Shown here: piece by piece, positions 52,496-64,000 of the stretch
Numbering within the stretch: position 1 is the first letter of the stretch
Layout of the letters: each line of letters starts with the position of its first letter
DNA from: an uncultured delta proteobacterium
Lineage (GTDB): Bacteria > Myxococcota_A > Polyangia > Polyangiales > B10-G4
DNA: 64,000 nucleotides
Direction: 5' to 3'
Assembly: GCA_963727445.1 (NCBI GenBank)
Contig: CAVSGI010000014.1
Span: forward strand, 128,001 to 192,000
Made by a program: the position numbers and the translations under genes
Notes under the pieces: model-generated
Told to the model about the DNA's origin: nothing
The model's database searches: none
Seen by the model: only the letters and a program-made list of their open reading frames with translations

Positions 52496-53392
52496 CTAAG
52501 GCCGCATTCGTTCGATCTTCTCCTCGACCCGCCCCGCGCGCTTCTCGTCGAGCTTCAGCGGATTGAAGACCGTTGCGTACGCGTGGTGGTTGGCGTGCAT
52601 GTACGCCCCGAAGAGAAGCCGGTTCCCGAGCCAGAAGATGCCTTCGTCTCGATTGACGGGCCGGAAGTCGTCCGAGCGATCCGCGTCGTGCGTCGCCCAG
52701 TTGAAGTGGGTCAGGTGCAGCACGCCGATGATCGCGGCGGGCACGAAGAGGCCGAGGAAGCCGACCGGCCCGAGAATCACGAACCAGAAGAAGAACAGTG
52801 AAGCCCCGGTGCCGACGCTGATCACCGTCTTCACGGTCTCGCGACGACGCATCGCGGGCGTGTCACCCCAGAGCTCGTAGTACTGCTGATGCAGGTTCCG
52901 CTCGAGGTTGACGGCCATCTTCTTCCAGAGGAACGCCCAATAGCTCCGGAGCATCGGATGCGGGTCCTTCTCCTCGTCGTCGGAGAACATGTGATGGCGA
53001 CGATGGAGGATCTCCCACGAGGCGAAGCGCGTCATGACCCACACCCCGATCACCTCGCCCACGAGGCGATTGATCGGCTTGGGGAAGTTGCCGTGGGATG
53101 CGTTGTGGATGAGGGCGTTGCCCAGCATCTGCAGGTACGCGGCGATCACCACCAGGGGCAACAGGTGCAGCCCCCAGCTGAGCCCGAGCCCACGCCAGCC
53201 CACCGACAGCAGGAGTGCGGAAGTCCCTAGGAGCAGCGACGCCCAGATCAAGTCGTACTTGATGTAGAACCAGGGGTCGCGGAGGAAGTCGGACGACGGA
53301 AGGCGTAGCCACCACGATTTCGTGGGCTTCCGTGTCGTCGCGGCTTCTCGCGCGGCAGGCGCGAGCTGGTTCGTCGCAGCGGGTTGTCCCAC
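52496..53392 (-). CDS. Membrane fatty-acid desaturase family protein
   Basis: His boxes HNASH, HRRHH, HANHH. Confidence 0.9.
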   Translation of the reverse strand: MGQPAATNQLAPAAREAATTRKPTKSWWLRLPSSDFLRDPWFYIKYDLIWASLLLGTSALLLSVGWRGLGLSWGLHLLPLVVIAAYLQMLGNALIHNASHGNFPKPINRLVGEVIGVWVMTRFASWEILHRRHHMFSDDEEKDPHPMLRSYWAFLWKKMAVNLERNLHQQYYELWGDTPAMRRRETVKTVISVGTGASLFFFWFVILGPVGFLGLFVPAAIIGVLHLTHFNWATHDADRSDDFRPVNRDEGIFWLGNRLLFGAYMHANHHAYATVFNPLKLDEKRAGRVEEKIERMRP

Positions 53393-53740
53393 CTAGTCCC
53401 TCCTACTGGCCGCGGACCCTAGCAAGAGCAATTTACCCAGGCAAACCGGCGGCCTGCAGAGCGTGAGAGCCCACAACGGACGGGGGCTATTGTCCAACGA
53501 TTTCGTGTCGGTGTTTCTGGCGCGCCCCGAATTCGACGATCGCGCGACGCCTTCGGGGGCTGAGCGCCCGTGCGCCGTGACCGTCGGGGCCGGCCGAGGC
53601 GACGCCGGCTCCCCTCGCCCCGGCCCGTCCGAGCCACCCCCCGGGGAAGCGCGAGACGGCCGCGCAGTGCTGGCTTTTCGGCGTTCATGGGACGCACTGT
53701 CGGCTTTGGGCAATCGCCGGCGAAAGGTACAATGCGCGGC

Positions 53741-54637
53741 ATGGGTGAGGAGGACGCGACGACCAATCCGAACAAGACGGTCGTCACGGTCATCACTCCA
53801 CCGAACCCCAAGAAGGACAGCCGGGATGCGTGCCTGGTCGTCATCTATGGAGACGACCTCGGGCGCAGGGTTCCCCTGGGCACCGACCCCACCATCCTCG
53901 GCCGCTCTTCCAAGTGCGACGTGCAGGTCGATCAGGAGAGCGTCTCCCGAAACCACTGCCGCGTCTCCTTCAACGGCAAGCACTACACCATCCGCGATCT
54001 CGGCTCGACCAACGGCACCTACGTCAACGACGAGCTGATCGACGAAGTGAACCTGCGCGACGGTGATCAGATCAAGGTCGGCCGGACGATCATCAAGTTC
54101 ATCACGGGTGGCAACATCGAGGCGAGCTACCACGAAGAGATCTACCGGCTCATGACCATCGACGGTCTGACCGAGATCCACAACAAGCGCTACTTCCACG
54201 AGATGCTCGAGCGCGAGGTCTCACGCTCGCAGCGCTACGAGCGCGTCTTCTCGATCGTCATCTTCGACATCGATCACTTCAAGAAGATCAACGACACCTT
54301 CGGCCACCTGGCGGGCGATGCGGTGCTCCGTCAGCTGGGCTCGATCGTCAAGCACAAGGTGCGACGCGACGACATCATCGCCCGCGTGGGCGGCGAAGAG
54401 TTCGCCATTCTCCTGCCCGAGGTCGGGCTGGAAGGAGGAGTGGAAGCCGCCCGCAAGCTGCGTGCGGCCGTCGAAGGCACCTCGTTCCAGTTCGAAGGCA
54501 CCACCATCGACGTGACGATCAGCCTGGGCGTCGCGCAGTGGGAGCAGGGCGTCGAGGACGCCGACGAACTCATCAAGAACGCCGACGACAAGCTCTACGA
54601 AGCCAAGCGCAGCGGACGCAACCGCGTCTGCAGCTGA
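53741..54637 (+). CDS. FHA-GGDEF diguanylate cyclase
   Basis: LGRSS...VSRNHC...[26 protein letters not shown], RxxD I-site (RRDD), GGEEF. Confidence 0.93.
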   Translation: MGEEDATTNPNKTVVTVITPPNPKKDSRDACLVVIYGDDLGRRVPLGTDPTILGRSSKCDVQVDQESVSRNHCRVSFNGKHYTIRDLGSTNGTYVNDELIDEVNLRDGDQIKVGRTIIKFITGGNIEASYHEEIYRLMTIDGLTEIHNKRYFHEMLEREVSRSQRYERVFSIVIFDIDHFKKINDTFGHLAGDAVLRQLGSIVKHKVRRDDIIARVGGEEFAILLPEVGLEGGVEAARKLRAAVEGTSFQFEGTTIDVTISLGVAQWEQGVEDADELIKNADDKLYEAKRSGRNRVCS

Positions 54638-54652
54638 AGCGCCTCGAGCCCG

Positions 54653-55360
54653 TCAGCCGAAGATGAGCTTCTTGACCTTGCGGCCGACGCCGCGGGCGAC
54701 TTCCTTCGCCACCGCATAGGCCAGAGCCATCACGGAGTCGTCATCGGGGGGCGGGGCCGCGTGGTGGGGGCGGGGAGGCTCGGGGCGCGCCGGGGGCCGC
54801 TCGGGTTTGGCCTTCGGCGGATTCTCGGCGGCGCGGGGTGACGATGAGGTGGCCGCGGGCTCGGCGGCGGGACGCTTTCGACGCTCGGCGACTCGGGCGG
54901 CGGCATCCGCCGCGGAAGGAGCGGAGCCGCCCGGCTGCTTCTTCGCACCCGCCCGCGCCGCTGCAGCTCTGATGTTGGCCTTGCTCGGCAGGAGCTCTTC
55001 GGACGCGCCGCGCTTGCCGGCGGTCTTCGTGACCTTCTTCTTCGCCGACTTCTTGGTGGGCTTCTTGGTGGGCTTCTTGGTGGGCTTCTTGGCGGGCTTC
55101 TTGGTGGCCGTCTTGGCGGCCTTCTTCGCCGGTGCCTTCTTCGCCGACTTTCGGGCGGCCTTGCCCCTGGGGGCGCGGGCGGTCGGCGCCTTTTTGCCGG
55201 CCGCGGTCTTCTGCTCGGCCTTCTTCTTCGGGGCGGTCTTCGCGCCCTTCTTGGGCGCAGTCTCCCGCTTCGAAGCCTTCTTGGCGGCTGCTTTTTTCTT
55301 TTTCGCCGGCTTCCGCTTGGCGCGGGCAGCGGGCTTCCGGCTCGATTCACCCTTGGCCAT
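54653..55360 (-). CDS. Lys/Ala-rich histone H1-like protein
   Basis: AKKK/KKPT/KKAA repeats; five 12-bp units at 55049-55108. Confidence 0.65.
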   Translation of the reverse strand: MAKGESSRKPAARAKRKPAKKKKAAAKKASKRETAPKKGAKTAPKKKAEQKTAAGKKAPTARAPRGKAARKSAKKAPAKKAAKTATKKPAKKPTKKPTKKPTKKSAKKKVTKTAGKRGASEELLPSKANIRAAAARAGAKKQPGGSAPSAADAAARVAERRKRPAAEPAATSSSPRAAENPPKAKPERPPARPEPPRPHHAAPPPDDDSVMALAYAVAKEVARGVGRKVKKLIFG

Positions 55361-55504
55361 CGCTCCTCAATTGTCCCGGGCCGGGGCGGTCAGCGTCAAA
55401 AAAGGCACCTGACTCCTCCACATCGCCCAGCCGACGTCGAGCCCATAGGGGCGAGCGATCCTCCCGTCGACAGCCCCTCCGGCGGCGGCTAAGGTCCGCC
55501 CGCC

Positions 55505-57166
55505 GTGATGAGGAGCTTCAGCGCAGCATGGATCTGCGCCGCCGCCCTGCTCTACGCGTCTCCGTTCTTCCCAGACGTCGACGCGGGGGAGGAGCGAGCT
55601 CATTTCTACACCACGGCCGCTCTCGCCGAAGAAGGCACCTACGACGTCCGCGACTACACGGAACGCTGGGGCATGGTCGACGGGCTGGTGGAGCGGGACG
55701 GCCGCATCGTCGCCGAGATCGCGCCCGGGCCGAGCCTGTTGGGCACGCTCGGCTATGCCGCCTACGCGCGCGTCGCCGGTGACGACGGGGGGCGGCCGAG
55801 CCGCGTCACGGCGCTGCGCGTCTGCCGCACCACGGCGGTGATCCTCCCGATGCTCTTCTTTCTCTTCGGGCTCCACCGCTTCTTCACGCGGAGCGGCGCC
55901 TCGCGCACGATCGCCGAGGCGGCCTTCTTCTCCGTGGCGCTCGGCTCGCTCCTCTACGGCTATGGGATCCTCTTCGTCGGCGAAGCCCTCGGCGCGGCCG
56001 CGGCTTTCGGCGCCTTCATGGTCATCCACCACGTACGGCGCGCCCCGCGCGTGGAGCCCAAGCTCGCGGTGTGGGCGGGGCTCCTCGCGGGCGCCGTGCC
56101 CTTCTTCGAGGTGACCGGCCTCGCGGTCGGGCTCGTGCTCCTGGTCGCGGCCGCCCTCGCCGTGGGGCGCCGGCGCGCGCCGTGGGTCCTGGTCGGCGCA
56201 GCCCTTCCCATCGCGCTCGTCGTGCAACACAATCTGTCGGCCTTCGGCGTCATCTATCACCTGAGCGAAGCGCGCACGCCCTCGAGCTTCTCAGCGTCGG
56301 CGCTCCTCACTCTGCTCTTCGATCGCGGCGTCGGGCTCTTCCCCCTCACGCCGCTTCTGCTCTTCGCGGTGCCCGGTTTCGTGCGCTACCTGCGCGCGCC
56401 CGGCACGCGCGCCGACGCGCTCCTCGCCCTCACCTGCGTGCTCGTCACCATGCTCTGGGCCGTCTGCATGCCCGGCTGGCGTGGCGGTTGGACCGTGGGG
56501 CCGCGCTACCTCGCGGTGGTCGTTCCCTTCCTGGCCTGGGTCGCCATCGGAGGGCTCTCCCTCGTCGCGGAGCGCTTCCCCCGCATCGCCGACGTGGTCG
56601 CCCTCGGCACCACCGCCATCGCCATCGGCGCCTCCGGCCTGCCCTCGGTCTACTACCCTCACCTGCCTCCGGATCTCGACCGGCCCCTGGTGCAGATCTT
56701 CGGCGTCCTCACCGGTCACGATTACGCGCCCGACAACGTGATGAACCTCTGGAACGTGTGGGGGAGCAGCTCGATGTTCCCCCTCTTCGCGCTCTGGTTC
56801 TTCGCGATCGGTTGGGCCGCCTGGCAGCCGCCGCTGCCGGTCGCCGATCGCGTGTCGATCGTGGCCGGCGCTGCGCTGGTGGGTGGCCTGCTCCTGGGCC
56901 CGCTCCTCTCAGCGCCCGAAGAGCCCAGCCCCGAGGTGCGGGCTCAGGTCGCGTTCGTGACGCGTCACTGGTACCCCGAGGGCCACGACGAGGCCACGGA
57001 ATTGGCCGAGCACCTCGCCGCCTCGGGAGACGCCACGCCCGAGGGTTATGGACACCTGGCCATCCTCTACGAGGAGGAAGGCCGCGACGCGGAGGCCCGC
57101 GCCGCACGGCGGGCCGGAGAGCTCCTGAGTGAGCGCCTGGAGATCCTCGGCGCTCGCGGCCCCTGA
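55505..57166 (+). CDS. Polytopic membrane protein, possible GT-C-fold glycosyltransferase
   Basis: More than 10 TM helices; GLFPLTP and WRGGWTVGPRYL motifs. Confidence 0.6.
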   Translation: MMRSFSAAWICAAALLYASPFFPDVDAGEERAHFYTTAALAEEGTYDVRDYTERWGMVDGLVERDGRIVAEIAPGPSLLGTLGYAAYARVAGDDGGRPSRVTALRVCRTTAVILPMLFFLFGLHRFFTRSGASRTIAEAAFFSVALGSLLYGYGILFVGEALGAAAAFGAFMVIHHVRRAPRVEPKLAVWAGLLAGAVPFFEVTGLAVGLVLLVAAALAVGRRRAPWVLVGAALPIALVVQHNLSAFGVIYHLSEARTPSSFSASALLTLLFDRGVGLFPLTPLLLFAVPGFVRYLRAPGTRADALLALTCVLVTMLWAVCMPGWRGGWTVGPRYLAVVVPFLAWVAIGGLSLVAERFPRIADVVALGTTAIAIGASGLPSVYYPHLPPDLDRPLVQIFGVLTGHDYAPDNVMNLWNVWGSSSMFPLFALWFFAIGWAAWQPPLPVADRVSIVAGAALVGGLLLGPLLSAPEEPSPEVRAQVAFVTRHWYPEGHDEATELAEHLAASGDATPEGYGHLAILYEEEGRDAEARAARRAGELLSERLEILGARGP

Positions 57167-57340
57167 TGAGGCCGGGAGCCCCATCCGGATTCGCCCTGAA
57201 ATTTCGGGCATGGACGCTCTCCTCGGCTCACCCCTGCTGCGCCCGGGCGCCCTTGCTTTCCAATTTTCAGGTGACTATGTTCGCCCAAGCCTACCTCGCG
57301 GGTTGGGCGCGCGTCCGACCCGCTTTTTTCACAGGAAACC

Positions 57341-59776
<2,436 letters not shown>

Positions 59777-59799
59777 ACCGCGAGGGACACGACAGTCAC

Positions 59800-59831
59800 C
59801 GAGGGCCCGACGAGAGAACGTCGGGCCCTCG
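59800..59831 (+). terminator. GC-rich hairpin downstream of lon
   Basis: CGAGGGCCCGACG-AGAGAA-CGTCGGGCCCTCG; no U-tract. Confidence 0.55.
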
Positions 59832-59835
59832 CGAT

Positions 59836-60090
59836 GGGGACGGTCTACACTTTTCAACTTTCGGCTGGGCCGCGCGCATGCGGATGAAACCCGGGCGGAG
59901 CGGGATGGGGACGGTCTACACTTTTCAACTTTCGGCTGGGCCGCGCGCATGCGGATGAAACCCGGGCGGGCGTGGCGAAAGTTGAAAAGTGTAGACCGTC
60001 CCCGTTAGCCGGTCCCCGTTAGCCGGCGTGCGGATGAAACCCGGGCGGGCGTGGCGAAAGTTGAAAAGTGTAGACCGTCCCCGTTAGCCG
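59836..60090. repeat. Cluster of the 97-bp inverted-repeat element, locus 2
   Basis: 28-mer forward at 59836 and 59907; inverted at 59976-60003 and 60055-60082; internal spacer homologous to locus 1. Confidence 0.92.
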
Positions 60091-60171
60091 GCGGCGCCCG
60101 CCGCGTCCTGTCCGAACGGGAATGGGGTGGGGGCGGGAAGCCTCCGTCCTCTGGGGGCGTATGATGTGTGT

Positions 60172-60786
60172 ATGACCGCCTATCGCAGTACGGATACCTG
60201 CGTCAGCTGTGGGCGGGCCATCGACGTCAAGACGGCTGCCTACACGGCGGACGAAATGATCTGCACGACGTGCGAAGCGGGCGAGATGCTCCGCGAGGCG
60301 GATCATCAGAGCGCCGCGAGCTCGGGGGTCGGGGCGCTCGGTTGGGGGATGCTCAGCCTCGTCTGCAATCCCTTCTTCATCCCTTCCATCCTCGCCATCA
60401 CCGGCGGCGTGCGAGAGCTTCAGACGCTCGCCATCGTCGCGCCCGAACAGCGCAGCGGCCGTCAGGTCCAGGGCATCATCGCCATCGGGCTGGGCGCCTT
60501 CTGGCCGGTGATCTTCGTCGGGATGATCGGGCTCGGCGTCCTCGGGATGATCGCCGGCGCCTTCACCGCGGGATCCTACGACGACCCATACAGCGACCCG
60601 TACTACGACGATCCGTACTACGACGACTACGCCTACCCACCCGTCTACGACGACAGCCAGGATCCTGCCTACGATCCCTACGCGGACCCCGCCTACGAGC
60701 CTCTCGAGGGCGGCTTCATCGACGACGACACGCTCGACGACCTCGGCGCTGAGCCCGAGCTGGGGCAGCCGACCGAGCCCCACTGA
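60172..60786 (+). CDS. Hypothetical membrane protein with CxxC pair and Tyr/Asp/Pro-rich tail
   Basis: CVSC...CTTC, hydrophobic helices, YDDPY repeats. Confidence 0.65.
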   Translation: MTAYRSTDTCVSCGRAIDVKTAAYTADEMICTTCEAGEMLREADHQSAASSGVGALGWGMLSLVCNPFFIPSILAITGGVRELQTLAIVAPEQRSGRQVQGIIAIGLGAFWPVIFVGMIGLGVLGMIAGAFTAGSYDDPYSDPYYDDPYYDDYAYPPVYDDSQDPAYDPYADPAYEPLEGGFIDDDTLDDLGAEPELGQPTEPH

Positions 60787-60796
60787 TCAGCGGGCG

Positions 60797-61774
60797 TCAG
60801 GGGATCGGGCCGTCGGTGATCCAGGTCGGGTCGGCCGAGTCGGGCATGGTGAAGAGGCCGAGCACTCCGTCGTTTCCGCGCAGCGTGCGGTCGAGGACGA
60901 TCTGCCCCGACTCCTCGAGCGGCCAGTAGGCCACCATCCCCGGCGGGGGCGGACGGAGCCGCCGGTTCATCGCGTCGCGGATCGCGGCTTGTGAACGGAC
61001 GACGCCGAAGATCCGCACCTCGTCGATGTCCCCTTCGAAGCCGCCCATGATGAGGGGCTGATCGTTGATCGCGTCGAAGAGGGTGTTCTCGTAGAGCTGC
61101 GAGTCGGCGACGAAGCCGTTCACGTAGAGCGTGAGCTGCACCGACATCGGATTGGCATCCACCACCACGGCGATGTGGGTCCACACGTTCATGGGGACAG
61201 GCCCACGAACCAGCGCCTCGCTCCCCTCGGTCGCCCAACCCGCGAGCACCAGGCCACCGAGGACCCGGACGAGGTAGTGGTAGCGCTCCCCCATCACCAC
61301 CGTCCCCTTGGAGACGACGACACCCTCGGTGCGCGGACGGATCCACAGCTCGTAGGTGTGCGCGCTCGTGATGTCGAGGCCAACCGACGGAGCGACGAAG
61401 ACCCGGTCGCCGCGGCCGAAGCGCAGCGCGCGCGAGGGAGGTCCCGCGTCGACCGGAGGCGAGGTGTCCCGCGGAGGCCGGCTGTCGGCCGGGCCGCTGT
61501 CGGGCGGGGTGCTGGTGTCGGGCGGCGTGGTGCTGTCCGGCGGCGTGGTGCTGTCCGGCGGGAAGGTGGAGTCGAAGGGCGCGCTGTCGCGAGGCCGAAC
61601 GCTGTCCGGAAGATCCGAATCACTGACCGTCGTGTCGAAGAGGCCGCTGTCCGGAAAGGTCGTGCTGGTGTCGGGAAACGAGCCGGGCGCGCCGTCGTGG
61701 CTGACGTAGCAGCCGGCGGTTCCCATCGCGCTGGCGACGAAGAAAAAGAAGAAGCGAAAGGGATGGCGGGCCAT
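60797..61774 (-). CDS. LamG/concanavalin-like domain lipoprotein
   Basis: Lipobox TAGC, PPDST repeats, TYELWIRP, WTHIAVV, LYVNG, FEGDIDEVRIF, VAYWPLEE. Confidence 0.85.
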   Translation of the reverse strand: MARHPFRFFFFFVASAMGTAGCYVSHDGAPGSFPDTSTTFPDSGLFDTTVSDSDLPDSVRPRDSAPFDSTFPPDSTTPPDSTTPPDTSTPPDSGPADSRPPRDTSPPVDAGPPSRALRFGRGDRVFVAPSVGLDITSAHTYELWIRPRTEGVVVSKGTVVMGERYHYLVRVLGGLVLAGWATEGSEALVRGPVPMNVWTHIAVVVDANPMSVQLTLYVNGFVADSQLYENTLFDAINDQPLIMGGFEGDIDEVRIFGVVRSQAAIRDAMNRRLRPPPPGMVAYWPLEESGQIVLDRTLRGNDGVLGLFTMPDSADPTWITDGPIP

Positions 61775-61835
61775 CTGCCTCAGGCGTTTAGCACGCTGGA
61801 TTGCAAGGCGCCCCCGAAAGCGTAAGAGTCTCGCC

Positions 61836-62846
61836 ATGGAAGAGCAGAAGATCGCGGTCCTCGGGGCGGGCTCGTGGGGGACCGCGCTCGCCAAGCAGCT
61901 CTCGGACCAGGGCCACGAGGTCCGTCTGTGGTCACGACGTCCCGAGCACGCCGAGGCCATCAACCAGACCCGGCAGAATGAACGCTACCTGCCCGGCTTC
62001 GAGCTCGCGCCGAGCCTGAGGGCCACCAGCGACCTCGCGGACGCCATCCCCGGCGCGGACATGGTGCTCGCGGTGGTCCCCTCTCACGGCGTACGCCAGA
62101 TGCTGGACAACGCGGCGCCGCTCTTCGGCGACGAGGCGCCCATCTGCGCCGCCATCAAAGGCATCGAGAACTCGACGCTGATGACGGTGAGCGAAATCTT
62201 CGAGGAGAAGCTCCCGAAGGAAAAGCATCACCTCCTCTGCTTCCTGGGCGGACCGAGCTTCGCCAAGGAGGTCGCGATGGGCGTGCCCACCGCGGTCTCC
62301 GTCGCGGGCAAGGACGACCACGTCACCGAGAAGGTGCAGCACATCTTCAACACCGACCGCTTTCGCGCCTACGCGACTGAAGACGTGGTCGGCATCGAGC
62401 TCGGCGGCGCGCTCAAGAACGTGATCGCCATCGCCGCCGGTATCAGCGACGGGCTGGGCTTCGGCCACAACACGCGCGCCGCGCTCATCACCCGCGGACT
62501 CCACGAGATCTCGCGCCTGGCCGTGCAGATGGGCGCCAACCCGCTCACGATGATGGGCCTCGGCGGCATGGGCGACCTGGTGCTCACCTGCACCGGCGAC
62601 CTGTCCCGCAACCGCACCGTCGGCCTCAAGCTCGGTGAGGGCATGAAGCTGCAGGAGATCCTCGACGGCATGAACATGGTCGCCGAGGGTGTGAAGACGT
62701 CGAAGAGCGCCTACGATCTGTCGAAGCGCGAGGGCGTCGACATGCCGATCGTCGAGCAGGTCTATCAGGTGCTGTACGAGGACAAGGACGCGCGGCAGGC
62801 GGTGACCGACCTGATGACCCGTCCCCTCAAGCGGGAACGTCACTGA
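61836..62846 (+). CDS. gpsA: NAD(P)H-dependent glycerol-3-phosphate dehydrogenase
   Basis: GAGSWGTALA, GPSFAKEV, GGALKNVIA, GDLVLTC..SRN, AEGV. Confidence 0.97.
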   Translation: MEEQKIAVLGAGSWGTALAKQLSDQGHEVRLWSRRPEHAEAINQTRQNERYLPGFELAPSLRATSDLADAIPGADMVLAVVPSHGVRQMLDNAAPLFGDEAPICAAIKGIENSTLMTVSEIFEEKLPKEKHHLLCFLGGPSFAKEVAMGVPTAVSVAGKDDHVTEKVQHIFNTDRFRAYATEDVVGIELGGALKNVIAIAAGISDGLGFGHNTRAALITRGLHEISRLAVQMGANPLTMMGLGGMGDLVLTCTGDLSRNRTVGLKLGEGMKLQEILDGMNMVAEGVKTSKSAYDLSKREGVDMPIVEQVYQVLYEDKDARQAVTDLMTRPLKRERH

Positions 62847-62856
62847 CGCACACGCG

Positions 62857-64000
62857 ATGACCCGCCTGCGCTTTCGGCTCCTGTACCTGGTGCTCCTGCC
62901 GGCCATCGCGGTGGCGGCCGGCATCCTCGGGTACTACAGCTGGCAGGCCGCGACGCAGTACACGCGCCTCGGTGAAGAGACCATCGCCGAGTCGACGCTC
63001 CTCCTCGTCAGCGAGAAGGTCGACCAGGTCGAGCAGGAGCTGATCCGCACCGACAACGCCGTCTTCGCGATGGTGCGGCTGAGCGACCCGGCAGCCATCG
63101 AGGAGACCTGGCCCGAGGTGGCCGAGGACGAGACGCCCTCGGTGCGTGCGGTGATGGTGCTCGACGATACCGGCAACGTGCTCGGCTACGCCTATCGCGG
63201 CAGCGCGGCCGCCCGGCGCGAGTACCTCAAGGTCTTTCAGGAGCTCGATCCTCCCCGACCTCGAGCTCGAACGGCAGCGGCTCTGGCGCCTCAAGCATCT
63301 GCACGCGACCTACGGTGACACCCCTTATCTCATCTCCTACAAGGCGGTCCGCTGGGAGGGGCGCCGCTTCTACGTGGTCGCGCAGCACGACACCGCCTGG
63401 ATCGTCCGCGACCTCTTCCCCGAGCTCTTCGCCACCGAAGAGGGCAAGCGGCTCTACAACGTGGTCGATCGAGAACGGCGACCGCGTCTACGGACCCAGC
63501 CTGGCCCGCGCGGGCGATTACCTCGTCGGCCGCCGCTTCCCGACCACGCTCTACGAGTGGCGCCTTCAGCTCGCGCCGAAGCAGGCACCGCTGCTCGAGC
63601 GCCAATCGCAGACGCGGCGGTGGAACGAGACCGCGCTGGTCGGCATCGCCGTTCCTGATCGTCCTGCTCGGCGTCGGCTTCGTGATCTACGCGGCCGACA
63701 AGGAGCGCCGCCTCAACGCGCTCAAGGCGGAGTTCGTCGCCAACGTCTCCCACGAGCTCAAGACGCCGCTGTCGGTGGTGCGGATGTTCGCCGAGCTCCT
63801 GCTCACCAAACGCGTGCGGAGCGAGGAGAAGCAGGAGCAATACCTCGAGCTCATCTGTCGCGAGTCGGAGCGGCTCTCGGCGCTGATCGAAAACGTCCTC
63901 GACTTCGCCGCCCTCGAGCGCGGCAAGCGCGAATTCCAGATGCGCGAAGGGCGCCTCGAGGACGTGGTCGCACGGGCGATCGACACCTTCCGCTATCGCA
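62857..64000 (+). CDS. Membrane sensor histidine kinase, 3'-truncated by the window edge, apparent frameshifts near 63247, 63470 and 63650
   Basis: TM1, periplasmic domain, TM2 (FLIVLLGVGFVI), H-box EFVANVSHELKTPL, ESERLSALIENVLDF. Confidence 0.85.

Noticed and set aside
59900..60012. Integron attC site (palindrome ending in GTTAGCC)
   Set aside because: The opposite end is GAT rather than the complementary AAC, the arms lack extrahelical bases, and there is no integrase or cassette array.

Overview
GC-rich (roughly 70%) core-genome segment of a myxobacterium. The assignment to Myxococcota (Polyangia-like) is inferred from gene content: Ser/Thr kinase, FHA proteins, specialised Hsp70, pil genes and many lipoproteins. 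Housekeeping blocks: purM-purN, pilT/pilC/pilS, trpG-D-C, uppP-manC-PMM/PGM, hisB-H-A-F, gyrA, ppa, lon, gpsA. About ten single-base frameshifts in otherwise intact genes look like read or assembly indel errors. No rRNA, tRNA, CRISPR array, transposase or reverse transcriptase was recognised. The most interesting signals are (1) a perfect 52-bp purine/pyrimidine-alternating, self-complementary tract 24 bp upstream of the gyrA start (candidate Z-DNA/cruciform supercoiling sensor); (2) a 97-bp inverted-repeat element with 28-bp arms, present in amplified clusters at two loci 18 kb apart (REPIN/MITE-like); (3) a convergent pair of four-helix-bundle genes with a hairpin, a direct repeat and a G-quadruplex-type (GGGAAC)n tract just upstream of purM; (4) a DUF4266/DUF3570 outer-membrane operon headed by a lipoprotein with an atypical CX10CH cytochrome-like motif and lacking the usual ApbE/thioredoxin partners; (5) a Ser/Thr kinase module sitting between pilT and pilC.
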